Positions 36,024-48,500 of a stretch of DNA of 63,635 nucleotides are shown here, one piece after another. The stretch is taken from IMG/VR virus record IMGVR_UViG_3300025635_000020, one strand, 5' to 3'. Origin of the DNA: an uncultured virus (IMG/VR IMGVR_UViG_3300025635_000020) (lineage: Duplodnaviria > Heunggongvirae > Uroviricota > Caudoviricetes). The notes beneath the pieces were generated by a model. The model did not search any database, was not told where the DNA came from, and was given only the letters and a program-made list of their open reading frames with translations. Numbering within the stretch: the stretch's first letter is position 1; each line of letters begins with the position of its first letter. The translations under genes and the position numbers were made by a program.

Positions 36024-39000
36024 ATGGCAACAACAACAAGACAAACGGCAATATTTGGAGTTGAGGACTGGAAACAGATCTATCAAACTTATCGCGAAGC
36101 CGATTTTCAAAGCTACGACTTTGAAACACTACGTAAGAGTTTTATTGATTATTTGCGTTTGTACTATCCTGAGACATTCAATGACTACATTGAGTCGTCA
36201 GAGTTTATTGCATTACTAGATGTCATGGCCTTCATGGGCCAAGCCCTGGCCTTCCGCACTGACTTAAACACTCGCGAAAACTACATGGACACGGCAGAAC
36301 GTAGGGATTCTGTTGTGCGTCTTGCTAACTTGGTTAGTTATACTGCCAAACGAAATACCGCTGCCCAAGGATTACTCAAAGTTTTTTCAGTAACAACAAC
36401 AGAAAATGTTATAGACTATCAAGGAATAAATTTAAGCAATGTCACAGTTAACTGGGCAGACCCTACTAATCCAGATTGGCAAGAACAATTTACTACCATT
36501 ATCAATGCCAGCCTTGTTAATACTCAACGAGTAGGACGTCCCGGTAACCGCCAGACCATTTTAGGCGTAAGAACAGACGAATATGGTATTAACTTGGTAC
36601 CTGGTTATTTGCCAATTGTGCCTTATACAGCCACTGTTGATGGTGTAAACATGCCATTTGAAGCCATGACATCTACATCGGTGGGCGCAGATTATTTGTA
36701 CGAACCAAGTCCAAGAGCGAACCAGCCTTTTAACATTTTGTTTAGAAACGATCAACTGGGATTTCAATCTGCCAATACAGGTTACTTTTTTATGTTCAAA
36801 CAAGGTGTGTTACAGAATCAAGATTTTAACTTGGCTGAAAAAATTAGCAACCGCACAGTAAACATCAATATTGAAGGTGTCAACAACGAAGACCGTTGGT
36901 TGTATCAGCTGGATAATGTGGGCAATATCAACCGCGAATGGGAATACACAGAAAACATTTATGCAGCGGCTGCTGAACAAATTGGAACCACTTTGCGTCC
37001 AATCTACACAGTGACATCACGTACCAATGATCAAATCACCTTGGTGTTTGGCGACGGTGTGTTTTCAGAGATCCCAGTAGGTACGTTCCGTGCCTATGTT
37101 CGTGCATCAAACGGATTGCAATACATTATCAATCCTGAAGAAATGCAGAGTGTAACTATTCCCATCAGTTACATCAGTCGCAACGGCAATCTAGAAACCA
37201 TCACATTCACCTGCGGTATCACAAGACCTGTGAGCAATAGCCAGGCACGTGAAACTATCGATCAAATCAAACAACGTGCGCCTGCACAATACTACACTCA
37301 AAATCGTATGGTCAACGGCGAAGACTACAATCTCTTCCCGTACACACAATACAATTCAATTGTGAAAAGCAAGGCTGTGAATCGTGCCTCAATTGGTACC
37401 AGCCGTTATCTTGACCTTGTGGACAACACAGGCAAATATTCTAGCACCAACAGTTTTGGTGCTGATGGCGGGCTGTGGGAACAAAACATATTGCCCACTA
37501 TTTTGTTTTCATACACTAACCGAAATGAAATAGCGGATGTGATTTCCAATCAGGTACAACCTGGCCTAGCTGAAACTACCATGAAGCAGTTTTACTATGC
37601 TAACTTTCCAAGGGTAACTGAGTCTACTCTGCCCACATATGGCGGCACTACCTGGGTTCCGGACGCCACCTGGAATCAGAGTACCACCTTGGCCAATGAA
37701 ACAACTGGTTATTTTAGAAATGCAGTGACATCTGCAACTTGGCCCAACGGTACCCCAATTCCTGTAGGACTTACTACCACTACCAATTTTAGGTATGTGG
37801 CAGTGGGCAGTTTGATAAAATTTGTACCACCTGCTGGTTACTACTTTGACGCTAACAATAGACTCAAGCCTGGCACACCCAGTCGCGCCGACGAAACACT
37901 GGAAATTTGGGCCAGTCCATTGAGCATACAAGGCACTGGATACAACAATGGACTTGGAAATCTCAGTTCAGGTGCAGGCCCTATCACGCTGAATAATTTT
38001 ATACCAACTGGTGCCCTAGTTGATACTATTATTCCACTGTTTGTTTCAGACTTGCCATTGGCATTGGAACAGGCCATGGCTGAACAAATTTTGCTCAATC
38101 GTAACTTTGGTATTGGCTACGACAGTAATGGTGATATTACTGGAACTCCTTACAGCTGGTACTTGATCACCAGTACCAACCTAGCGGCTGGCAGTGCATT
38201 TAGTCAAGCCAACGCAGGATCTACATCAGGCACAAATCAAGATGCATCTTGGTTGGTCCAGTTTGTGGTTCAAAATCAAAATTACACAATCACTTTCCGT
38301 GGCTTAGCCTATTACTTTGGTTCAGTATTGAGCACACGCTTTTTCTTCTATGATGGATCACAAATTTACGATTCACGAACTGGCACAGTGATCAAGGACT
38401 ATATTAATGTTTTAGCAGTAAACACCAAACCTGACTCTACCGATCATTTGTCTGGAGATATTATCATGACAATTACTGGACAACCTGTTGAGTCTGACGG
38501 CTATGTGGACGATTTTCAAGTGCTGGTCAGTTATCGTGACAGTGACAACGATGGTGTACCTGACAACCCTGATTTTTTTGCTGACATTGTTGCTCCTTCT
38601 GTAGACCCTACGCAAAAGTATGTATACCTACAAAAAACAGTGGACTTTGATAATTTACAACGTTATCTTTTAGTAGCTCAGGGCGAAGTCGTCAGTGACT
38701 ATGCCACTCTAGATGATATTGAGTTGGCCAAGACTGAGTGGTCTCCAGGCCAGATTTTTTATGCCTACACCGACGAAGCATTTTATCAATTGAGCGTGGG
38801 CGCCACAGGACTAAGAACCTTGATTGATGTCAGTACAGAATGGCTGGCCAAAACAGGTCGACAAAATTTATATTTTCAATATAGACACAATGCCCCTTTA
38901 ACTACACGCATTGATCCAGGCACTACTAATATTATTGATTTATATGTGGTTACTTTGGCCTATTATACTGCATATCAAAACTGGATTCAGGATACTACAG

Positions 39001-39500
39001 ACACAGTGATTGAACCTGACGCCCCGACCCTTGATGAATTAACAACCACTTATCAAGGTCTGCAGAACTACAAGATGCTGAGCGACAATATTATTTTAAA
39101 TTCTGTTGTGTTCAAACCATTGTTTGGACAAAAAGCAGCACAAGAACTACGTGCCACTATTAAAGTCATTAGAGCTAGCGGTTCAACTGCTAGTACTAGT
39201 GAAATAAAAAGTTCTGTAGTTGCTGCAATGAATACATATTTTAGCATTGATAAATGGAACTTTGGAGATACTTTTTACTTTTCAGAACTTGCGGCCTACC
39301 TACATAGTAATTTGGGTAGTATTATTAGTTCAGTTGTTTTGGTTCCGTTGAACCCACAAAAGTACTTTGGCGACTTGTACGAAATACGCTCAGAGCCAAA
39401 TGAAATATTTGCTAATGGTGCCACTATCAATAACATTGAAGTAATTGAAGCATTGACCAGTACCAACTTGCGTACTGCCCCTGGTAGCGGAGTAATTTAA
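36024..39500 (+). CDS. gp6: Baseplate wedge protein gp6-like
   Basis: YDFETLRKS, FNDYIESSEF, ENYMDTAERRDSV, FGDGVF and ETIDQIKQRAP...QNRMVNGEDY. Confidence 0.9.
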   Translation: MATTTRQTAIFGVEDWKQIYQTYREADFQSYDFETLRKSFIDYLRLYYPETFNDYIESSEFIALLDVMAFMGQALAFRTDLNTRENYMDTAERRDSVVRLANLVSYTAKRNTAAQGLLKVFSVTTTENVIDYQGINLSNVTVNWADPTNPDWQEQFTTIINASLVNTQRVGRPGNRQTILGVRTDEYGINLVPGYLPIVPYTATVDGVNMPFEAMTSTSVGADYLYEPSPRANQPFNILFRNDQLGFQSANTGYFFMFKQGVLQNQDFNLAEKISNRTVNINIEGVNNEDRWLYQLDNVGNINREWEYTENIYAAAAEQIGTTLRPIYTVTSRTNDQITLVFGDGVFSEIPVGTFRAYVRASNGLQYIINPEEMQSVTIPISYISRNGNLETITFTCGITRPVSNSQARETIDQIKQRAPAQYYTQNRMVNGEDYNLFPYTQYNSIVKSKAVNRASIGTSRYLDLVDNTGKYSSTNSFGADGGLWEQNILPTILFSYTNRNEIADVISNQVQPGLAETTMKQFYYANFPRVTESTLPTYGGTTWVPDATWNQSTTLANETTGYFRNAVTSATWPNGTPIPVGLTTTTNFRYVAVGSLIKFVPPAGYYFDANNRLKPGTPSRADETLEIWASPLSIQGTGYNNGLGNLSSGAGPITLNNFIPTGALVDTIIPLFVSDLPLALEQAMAEQILLNRNFGIGYDSNGDITGTPYSWYLITSTNLAAGSAFSQANAGSTSGTNQDASWLVQFVVQNQNYTITFRGLAYYFGSVLSTRFFFYDGSQIYDSRTGTVIKDYINVLAVNTKPDSTDHLSGDIIMTITGQPVESDGYVDDFQVLVSYRDSDNDGVPDNPDFFADIVAPSVDPTQKYVYLQKTVDFDNLQRYLLVAQGEVVSDYATLDDIELAKTEWSPGQIFYAYTDEAFYQLSVGATGLRTLIDVSTEWLAKTGRQNLYFQYRHNAPLTTRIDPGTTNIIDLYVVTLAYYTAYQNWIQDTTDTVIEPDAPTLDELTTTYQGLQNYKMLSDNIILNSVVFKPLFGQKAAQELRATIKVIRASGSTASTSEIKSSVVAAMNTYFSIDKWNFGDTFYFSELAAYLHSNLGSIISSVVLVPLNPQKYFGDLYEIRSEPNEIFANGATINNIEVIEALTSTNLRTAPGSGVI

Positions 39501-42500
39501 TGGCAACAGTTCGTAGTGTAGATTTTCTTCCTGAAATTTTTCAGACTGATGCTAACAAACAATTTTTGGCCGCTACTCTTGATCAACTGATCCAAGAGCC
39601 TAACTTTAGAAAAACACAAGGCTTTATTGGGCGCTCGGTGGGCCCGGGAGTTAATCCCAACGACAAGTATGTGGTTGAACCCACAGCTACCAGAGCCAAT
39701 TACCAATTGGAACCTGGAGTAGTTAGCCTCATACCTGAAACCAGCCAGATTCGCAATGCTATTACCTATCCTGGACTAAACGATGCTATTGGATTCCAAG
39801 GCGGTAACAGCAATCGCCCAGATCGGCTGTACTCTAGTGAATACTATACCTGGGATCCTTTTGTAGATTTTGATGCATTTGTGAATTTTTCACAATATTT
39901 TTGGGTACCTGGTGGCCCAGATGTGGTAGATGTTGGAGCTACGGGCGTCCCTACCTCAGACAATTTTACAGTAACTCGAGCCAATGGGGTCTATAGTTTT
40001 TCTGGCATTAATGGTGACAATCCGGTGATTGAATTGGTGCGCGGTGGCAATTATACTTTTCAAGTTGCCCAAAACACTAAAGAAACTGTTAATTATCGAG
40101 TAAAAAATTCAGGCACCACGGCCTATGTAATTGATTTTCAAAACAATCCTAGTCTGGAACTAGCTCGCGGCAATACTTATGTGTTTAATTTAACTCTAGA
40201 TGGAGTATATCCTTTTTGGATCAAAACCTCAGCTACCACTGGTACAGGAGACGCTTACACACAAGGAGTCAGCCGCAATGGTGCCAGTTCTGGCCTGGTA
40301 ACATTTACAGTACCACAAGATGCTCCTGATACATTATACTATGTGGCTCAAAATCAAGGCAGCATGCAAGGTATTTTAAACATTGTTGATGGTACACCAG
40401 GCACCGGACCGGGTTTTTGGATTCAGACTGCTCCAGGAGTGTCAGGAACGTTACCTGCTACTCCCAACATCAGTAGTAGAAACATACTGGGAGTAATCAA
40501 TAACGGTGAAGATTTAGGCACCATTACTTTTAATGTTCCGTACAAAGACGCACAGAGTTTCTATTACAACTTGACCAATATTGGTACAGTTGATTTGTTA
40601 ACAGACATGCAGTTTGCACAAATTAACAATCAACCAGTCAGCGAATTTATCAACCAATACAATGGTATTGACGGGATTACAAATCTTGATGGTCGTACTC
40701 TGGTGTTTACCAACCCCATAGAAGATACTGAAGCAGGTGGCTGGTATCGTACTAGTTTCTTTGATCCACTGATAGATGATCCATCTAATGTGGGTGTGGC
40801 AGGCAGCTATGACAGTGTGCCTTATGATTACACCATTGATATTGCACCTAATCAACGCTATCAAAAGTATCAAATCAGTTACGAAAACATTGCAGGTATC
40901 ATGTACATACAATTGAACAAGGTATCTGATATTGCATCGTTGGAAAAGTTTACTATTGGATACGGTCTGACCTATAGTAATACTCAATGGTACAAAGATG
41001 CCACCGGACAATTTCAACAAATTCCTCTATTGTCAGCAGTACAAGATACCTTGTATTATCAAGACGGAACAGACCCAGAAATATTTGGACGTATTAAATT
41101 AATAGAACAAACACAAACCAATGTGATATATGTGGACGAAATACTAGGTCGTCAAAATTATACCAGTCCCAATGGTGTAACATTCAGCAACGGCTTGCGG
41201 GTTCGCTTCGTTGGTGATGTGTCTCCTAGCAGTTATGCATCTGGCTTGTCTGAATTTGAATACACAGCCACCGAAGCTGGTACAAACTATATTACCTACA
41301 ACAATGCTACAGATTTGTACGTAGGTCAACAAGTAGTATTTTCTTCACCGTCACTGGGCGGTCTCAATCCCGGCCAGACCTACTATGTAAGATCAATTTC
41401 AGCTAACGGGATAAAATTTACTGTTAGCGCAGTGGAAGGTGGTCCTGCGGTGGTGTTGGCCAGCGGTATAGGCACCGCAGTGGCTACGGCTATTAGCAAT
41501 AGAGAATATTACGTGAGTGGTGTAGGTACTGCAATTGAACTTTTGCCTACAACAAATTATGTTGTGCCAGAACTCTATGTAGAAGATGCAGACGACAGTA
41601 CTATAGCTTCAGAACCTGCTCAACCAGACTATTTGACCATTAATCGTGCAAGTAAAGATTTAAATGCATGGTCTAGAAGTAATCGTTGGTTCCATATTGA
41701 TGTACTCAATGCCACGGCTGAGTACAATAACACTACCGCAGTATTGGACAACAACTACAGAGCCAAGAGACCAATTATTCAATTCAGACCAGGAATGCGT
41801 CTGTGGAACATGGGAACGTCAGGCAAAGCGCCAGTTGATATTATTGATTTTGAAGCCACAGATGCTTTTTCTAACATCGAAGGATCTACCAGTTACACTA
41901 CCGCTGGTTACACTTTTGTAGAAGGCACACGAGTTATTTTTGCAGCAGATGAAGATACATCTGTGCGCAACAAAATTTATATCGTGAGCTTTGTGACTCC
42001 AGATACTGTAGATCCGTTGATAGCACAACCTATTATTACCCTGACGCAGGCCACTGACGGATTGGTTTTACTAGATGAATCTACAGTGTGTATCAACGGC
42101 ACTGACATTGCTGGAAAAACTTTTTGGTACAACGGAATTGAATGGGTCGAAGCCCAACAAAAAACTTCAGTACAACAAGCACCATTGTTCAATATTTATA
42201 ATTCTGATGGCGTGAGTTTTGGAGATGGCACACAATATCAATCAACCACATTTGCAGGATCAAAGCTGTTTAGTTATGCTGTGGGTGACACAGGTATTCT
42301 TGACCCAATTTTGCAGTTTCCTCTTAAGTATTTGAATATCAACAACGTTGGCGACATAGTTTTTGACAACAATTTGTATGTTGATACGTTCTTGTATGTT
42401 GTTGACAACGTTAGTGTTACATCAGACATTAGTTCTGGGTCTGTAAGAGAATACTCTAGCCGAATCAATTATCAAAAGTTAATAGGGTGGCAAAAAGCCG

Positions 42501-45500
42501 CAGTGGATCAACAACTTTATCAGCAGTTTAAGTTTTCATACACAGGTGCTACACTCAAACTAGATGTAGCAGCATTGACTCAAACATCTATCGCCGTACC
42601 AGTGATTAAAATATATGTAGGAAGTATTTTTATAGATCCCAGCACATATACCTATACTACCACTGATAACAGTACTACTATAACTTTACTCAATACCTAT
42701 GAACTGACAGATATTGTAGAAGTCCTGGTATTAAGCAATCAAACCAGTAAAGTTGCATTTTATCAAGTACCTAACAATTTGCAAAGTAATCCGTTAAACT
42801 CAAACTCACAAGAGTTTACACTGGGAACTATTCGCACTCATTATCAAAGCATCTGCGAAAATCTGCAAACTCTTCAAGGTCCAGTCAATGGTGCCAACAA
42901 CACTCGAGATCTTGGCAACATAATTCCTTACGGTCTAGTTATCTTACAACAGAGCTCACCATTGACGCTGGCCGGATATTTCATGCGTAGCAGTGACTTT
43001 AATATTTTTGCCGCTATGCAATACAACAGCCGCGAATATACCAAATTTAAAGCACAAATGCTGGATTCAGTGTTAACTCAAAACCTTGGATTTGAAACCA
43101 CAGCACAAGTACTTGATACTGCTATACAAAATGTGACCTTGGGCAAACTAGATACTCAACCATTTTATTGGAGCGACATGATTCCTGCTGGTATAACCTA
43201 TGCCAGCAATTCTTACACTGTGAGTTTTATCACCACCAATGTTTTTGATACTGTACAGGTGTATGATTTTACTACTCAAAATTATCTTGGTCTTTTGGTA
43301 TATCTCAATGGTCAGCAGTTAACTCGAGGTACAGACTATACTGTGGCCACTGACGGTCCACGTATCACTGTGTTGTCTCCATTGGTACCAGGAGATATAA
43401 TACTGATCAATGAATACAACACCACTTATGGAAGTTTTCTACCTAACACACCTACCAAATTAGGACTGTATCCTTCTTGGAAACCAGCGTTGATCACTCA
43501 GGTAACCAGTAATGGAACAGCACAATTTATATTAGGCCATGATGGTAGTACCACTCCTGTGTTTGATGACATTCGCGATGATGTGTTATTGGAATTTGAA
43601 ACACGAATTTATAATAATCTTAAACTAGATGACAATCCAGTGCCGCTCACTATAGATGATGTGTTACCTGGGCAGTTTCGCGACACAGGATACACGTTTG
43701 AAGAAATCAACACTATCTTTAATAGTGATTTCTTGTCCTACTGTGGATGGAATAAACTAGACTATAATCAGCAAAATTATTTGGCCAGCAACGAATTTAC
43801 CTACAACTACAGTAGCAGTAACAATCGCCTTGACAATCAACCGTTGTTAGGTGCCTGGCGGGGAATTTATCGGTATTTTTACGATACAGAACAACCTAGC
43901 CTAACACCGTGGGAAATGTTGGGATTAACTGATGAGCCTGCCTGGTGGCAAGATCGTTATGGTCCGGCCCCTTACACTTCTGACAACTTGGTGTTATGGG
44001 ACGATTTAGAAATTGGTTTAGTGGCTGATCCTGTTGCACCCTACACAGTCCCAAATTATGTGCGACCAGGGTTGACCTCGGTAATTCCTACCGACAGCGA
44101 AGGCAATTTATTGAGCCCGCTTAATTCTGTGGTAGGATTTACTCCTTTGAATACAGGTCTTAACAGTAAATTTTCTAAGAGTTGGGCGTTAGGCGACGGC
44201 GGCCCGGTTGAAGCATCATGGTACAATAGTTCATCGTATCCATTTTCTGTGATGCATGTGCTGGCGGTAACACGACCAGCAAAGTTTTTTGCTTTGTTCG
44301 CTGATCGTGATAGATATCGATACAATTTAGACTACGACCAATATCTACTTGATGATCGCTATCGTTTAGACGCTAACGGCGTTGAAGTATATGGCAATGG
44401 TACAAGCAAGGCCAGTTATATCAATTGGATTGTGGATTATAATCGTCAGACTGGCATTGATTCAACTGACTTATTGACTGCGGATCTTAAAAATCTAGAT
44501 GTACGATTGTGCTATCGTATGGCGTCATTTAGTGACAAACAATATATCAAGTTGTTTACAGAAAAATCTAGTCCTAATTCAACCAACACTGCTTTGTTGA
44601 TTCCTGATCAAAGTTATGACATTTTGTTGTACAAGAATCAACCTTTTGATCAAGTGAGATACAGTAGCGTGGCTGTGCAAAAAGTTGCCAATGGTTATGC
44701 TGTGTTTGGATTTGGTAATTCGCAGCCTTATTTTAACATTCTGCAAAGCCAGGCTGTGGGCAAATTGGCTACTTACAGCTCGGGTGGTATCACCGTACGT
44801 ATTCCTACATTTTACACTGATACTGTGATACAAGTACCATATGGATTTGTATTCAGCAACGAAACTACTGTGTGTGATTTCTTGGCCAGTTACGGTAAAC
44901 TTTTAGATACACAAGGATTGGCATTTACCAACACCGCCAATGGTTATGTGTTAGATTGGCCGCGCATGATCAATGAATTTTTGTATTGGAGTCAGCAAGG
45001 CTGGGGTCAAGATGCAATTATCAATCTTAATCCACTGGCTGCCAAACTAGAAATTACTAGACCACTTGCTGTGGTTGATAGCATCAACGTCGAAACCACA
45101 GAAAACTTGCTGTTGAATCAAAATTCACAAGAAATACCACAGCGTTCACTCAATATTGTTAGACTAGGCAATAGGTTCTCTGTTGAACCATTAAATCTAG
45201 ATGCTATCAGTTATATTGATATGAGATTTACCAATTACGAACACATGATTGTTTTAAACAATCAAAGTGTGTTTGGAGATTTGATCTATGATCCGGTGAC
45301 CGGCGCAAGACAAAGTCGGTTGACTTTGGTGGCACTTACCACCTCAGATTGGACTGGAAGTGTTGATACTCCAGGATTTATATTAAATCAAGACAATGTT
45401 CAAGAATGGACTGGTTTACGAACCTATAGCAAAGGCGAAATTGTCAAATATAAAAATGTCTATTGGTCAGCACTGACCATTGTGCAACCTACCGACAAAT

Positions 45501-48500
45501 TTGATTTTAATGTTTGGACCCAAAGCGATTACACTCAAATTGAACTAGGTTTACTACCTAACTTGGCCAACAAAGCCAATCAACTAGCTAATAGCTACAA
45601 TATTAACACAGCCAATATTGAATCAGACAACGATTTGTTGGCATATGGTCTGATTGGATTTAAACCTCGCCAATACATGGCTGCGTTGAATTTAGACGAT
45701 GTTAGTCAAGTAAATGTATACCGACAATTCCTTAGAACTAAAGGTACTATACTTGCGGCAGAACTATTCAAACAAGCCAATCTTGGAAAAGAATCTGCAG
45801 ACTATGACATCTATGAAAATTGGGCAGTGCAACGTGCAGTATATGGTGCCAATGCAAACCGTAGTTTCTTTGAACTAAGGCTAAATCGCGCATTGTTAGA
45901 TAGCAATCCTAGTTTAGTACAAGTAATTTATCCACAACAGGCAAGTGAAGCTGATCAAACTATCTTCTTCAGTAATGTGTGGCGACAAAGTTTTGCATTA
46001 ACATCCACTGATATCTTGCCAGTAACCACGGACTTACCAACAGATACGGCTCTGCCAAGTGCTGGTTATGTAAATCTTGAAGATGTTGATATCACAGTAT
46101 TTGACATTGAGAATGCAGCCAGCCTTGCTGCCAATATTGATGCTATTCAAGTGGGAACCAGTATATGGGTGGCCAAGGTCAACTCTTACGACTGGAACAT
46201 ATATCGTGCCCAAGCTGTACCTGGTGTAATCCAGCACGTTTGCGACAACTTAGATGGCACAAGCCGTGTGATTTTTAACGCTCAACATGGCTTGACAGCA
46301 GGCAATAAACTAATTATTAAATTCTTTGACCCTGAAATTAACGGTGTATATCAGGTATTATCAGTGGCAAATTTGACCACAGTGAATATAGCGTTTAATT
46401 TTACTGGCGATCGTGTGGTAGCCAATGGACTAGGACTGGGATTCACCTTACAGACTATGCGTGTGGACCAGGCCAGCGATGTGATCAATTTGCCATATGC
46501 CAACAATATTCTACCAGGTGCCAAAGTCTGGGTAGACAACAACGGCTCAGGCCTATGGGAAGTTTTACAAAAGAACAGTGTATTTTCTGATATTATCTCA
46601 TTGAATCCTGTGTTGCTAGATGCGGGCGAACAGTATGGTGCCAGTGTGGCGCAAGCCCGCAATAGACTGGCTGCTCTAGTGGGTAGTCCCCGATATGGAT
46701 TTGGTTCTGGCACAGAGTACGGTGCGATTTATGTATATGTCAAAAGTTATGGAGACCAATACATACCAGTCAGCCCCATTGGCACAAGCGATTCAATACT
46801 TACAGTGGAAACCACCGGCGTAAGAGGCTTGGGCAACGCCGCTGATTTTGGCAACCAAACTTGGGCCGCCGCTGGAGCCAGTGCCAGTCAAGGTACCGCC
46901 AGTCTTGCTAATGTAGGCTATGCTTTTGTAATTTTCCGAGATCCTCTTCTTGGCGAACCAGGCAGCATTCCTTATACCACATGGCAATTGTTAACCCCGC
47001 CTACAGCACCAGATCGTGCTGTAGCAGGAGAAATGGGATATTCTGTAGCAGTCAGCCAAGACGAACGCTGGATATATGTAGGAGCACCAGGTGCAAATCA
47101 AGTACATGCCTATGGTCAGGTTGATTGGCAACAGCAGCAATTAAAGGTGTTTGCCGACGGGTCAACTAAATCCTGGAATATCAATAATTCAATTCAAATT
47201 GACAACATATATCAATTGAAAGTCACTCTAAACAGACAGGTTCAAACAGTGGGAGTAGATTACACTATTACTGATCTTAATACAGTGACTTTTATTAATA
47301 CTCCAGGGCTGGTTAATGCCACCGCTATTGTACCTGGAACAGAATACACTATTCTAACTGTGGGTACCACAGATTTTGTTTCAATAGGCGCTGCTTCAAA
47401 CACAGTGGGTGTTACCTTTACCGCTACTGGATCAGCTACGGGCTCGGGCACTGTGCTAGAAGAAACGTTGATTGAATTTGCAAGATACAACAGTTATCAA
47501 ATTCCATACACTGCTGTGACACAAAACTTAGCAGATGATCTAGACGCCAATGGTCGTAGATTGGGCTTGGCCACAGTAGAAACTGATAACATTTATTCAT
47601 TCAGTATCAAACTAAACGGTAATCTACTACGACCCAACCTTGATTATACGTTTGCCGGCACAACGGTAACATTTTTGATATCATTTATCAGTGCAGACAT
47701 CTTGGTTGTGTCTGCCAAAGAATATTTTACTTATGTTTACACTATTGACTCTAGCGATGTCACGGGTGGACTCACTGCCGGAGATAGATTTGGACACAGT
47801 GTATGCTGCACCACAGACGGACGCCAGGTATTGATTGGTACACCTTACAAAGCCATAGCAAATGCCATTGACACAGTGAGCAGTACGGGATTGGCAGCAG
47901 CAGGCTCGGCTGCTTACAGTAATCTCAGTCAGTACAGCACATCTGGGTCAGGATTTGGTGCTAAATTTGATGTTAGTCGAAGTGACTCGTCATATGTAGT
48001 AACAGTAGTACGTGGTGGGCAAGACTACGCAGTCAATGATACTATAACTATTCTAGGAACATCACTGGGCGGAACCAGCGTCAATAATTTGACTATAACA
48101 GTAAACGAAGTTGAAACTTTCACCGAAGCTGGGTCAACTTATGTATTTGACCGCAGTGTTCAAAAATTTATCTATGGTACCGACGGCAGCACAATTGATT
48201 TCACAGTGCTTGGGTCAGTCACTGGACCAGTAAGCGTGTTGCTGAACGGTCAGTTTTTGATCAATCAACAAAACAGTGTAGATGCCGGTCCAGGCTTAAT
48301 CAATACATTCACTGTAAATGGTAACATTATTACTATAAATGCTGACTTGGTCACAGGTGACATAATTGAAATAGAAACCAATCAATTTCAGCAGGTTCAA
48401 GAAATTGACCAAAACATTATAGCCGAGTTCTCAAACTTTGGTCAAGCCACAGACATTTGCAGCAACAACTGTAGTTTGTATGTAGGAGAGCCACAGAGTA

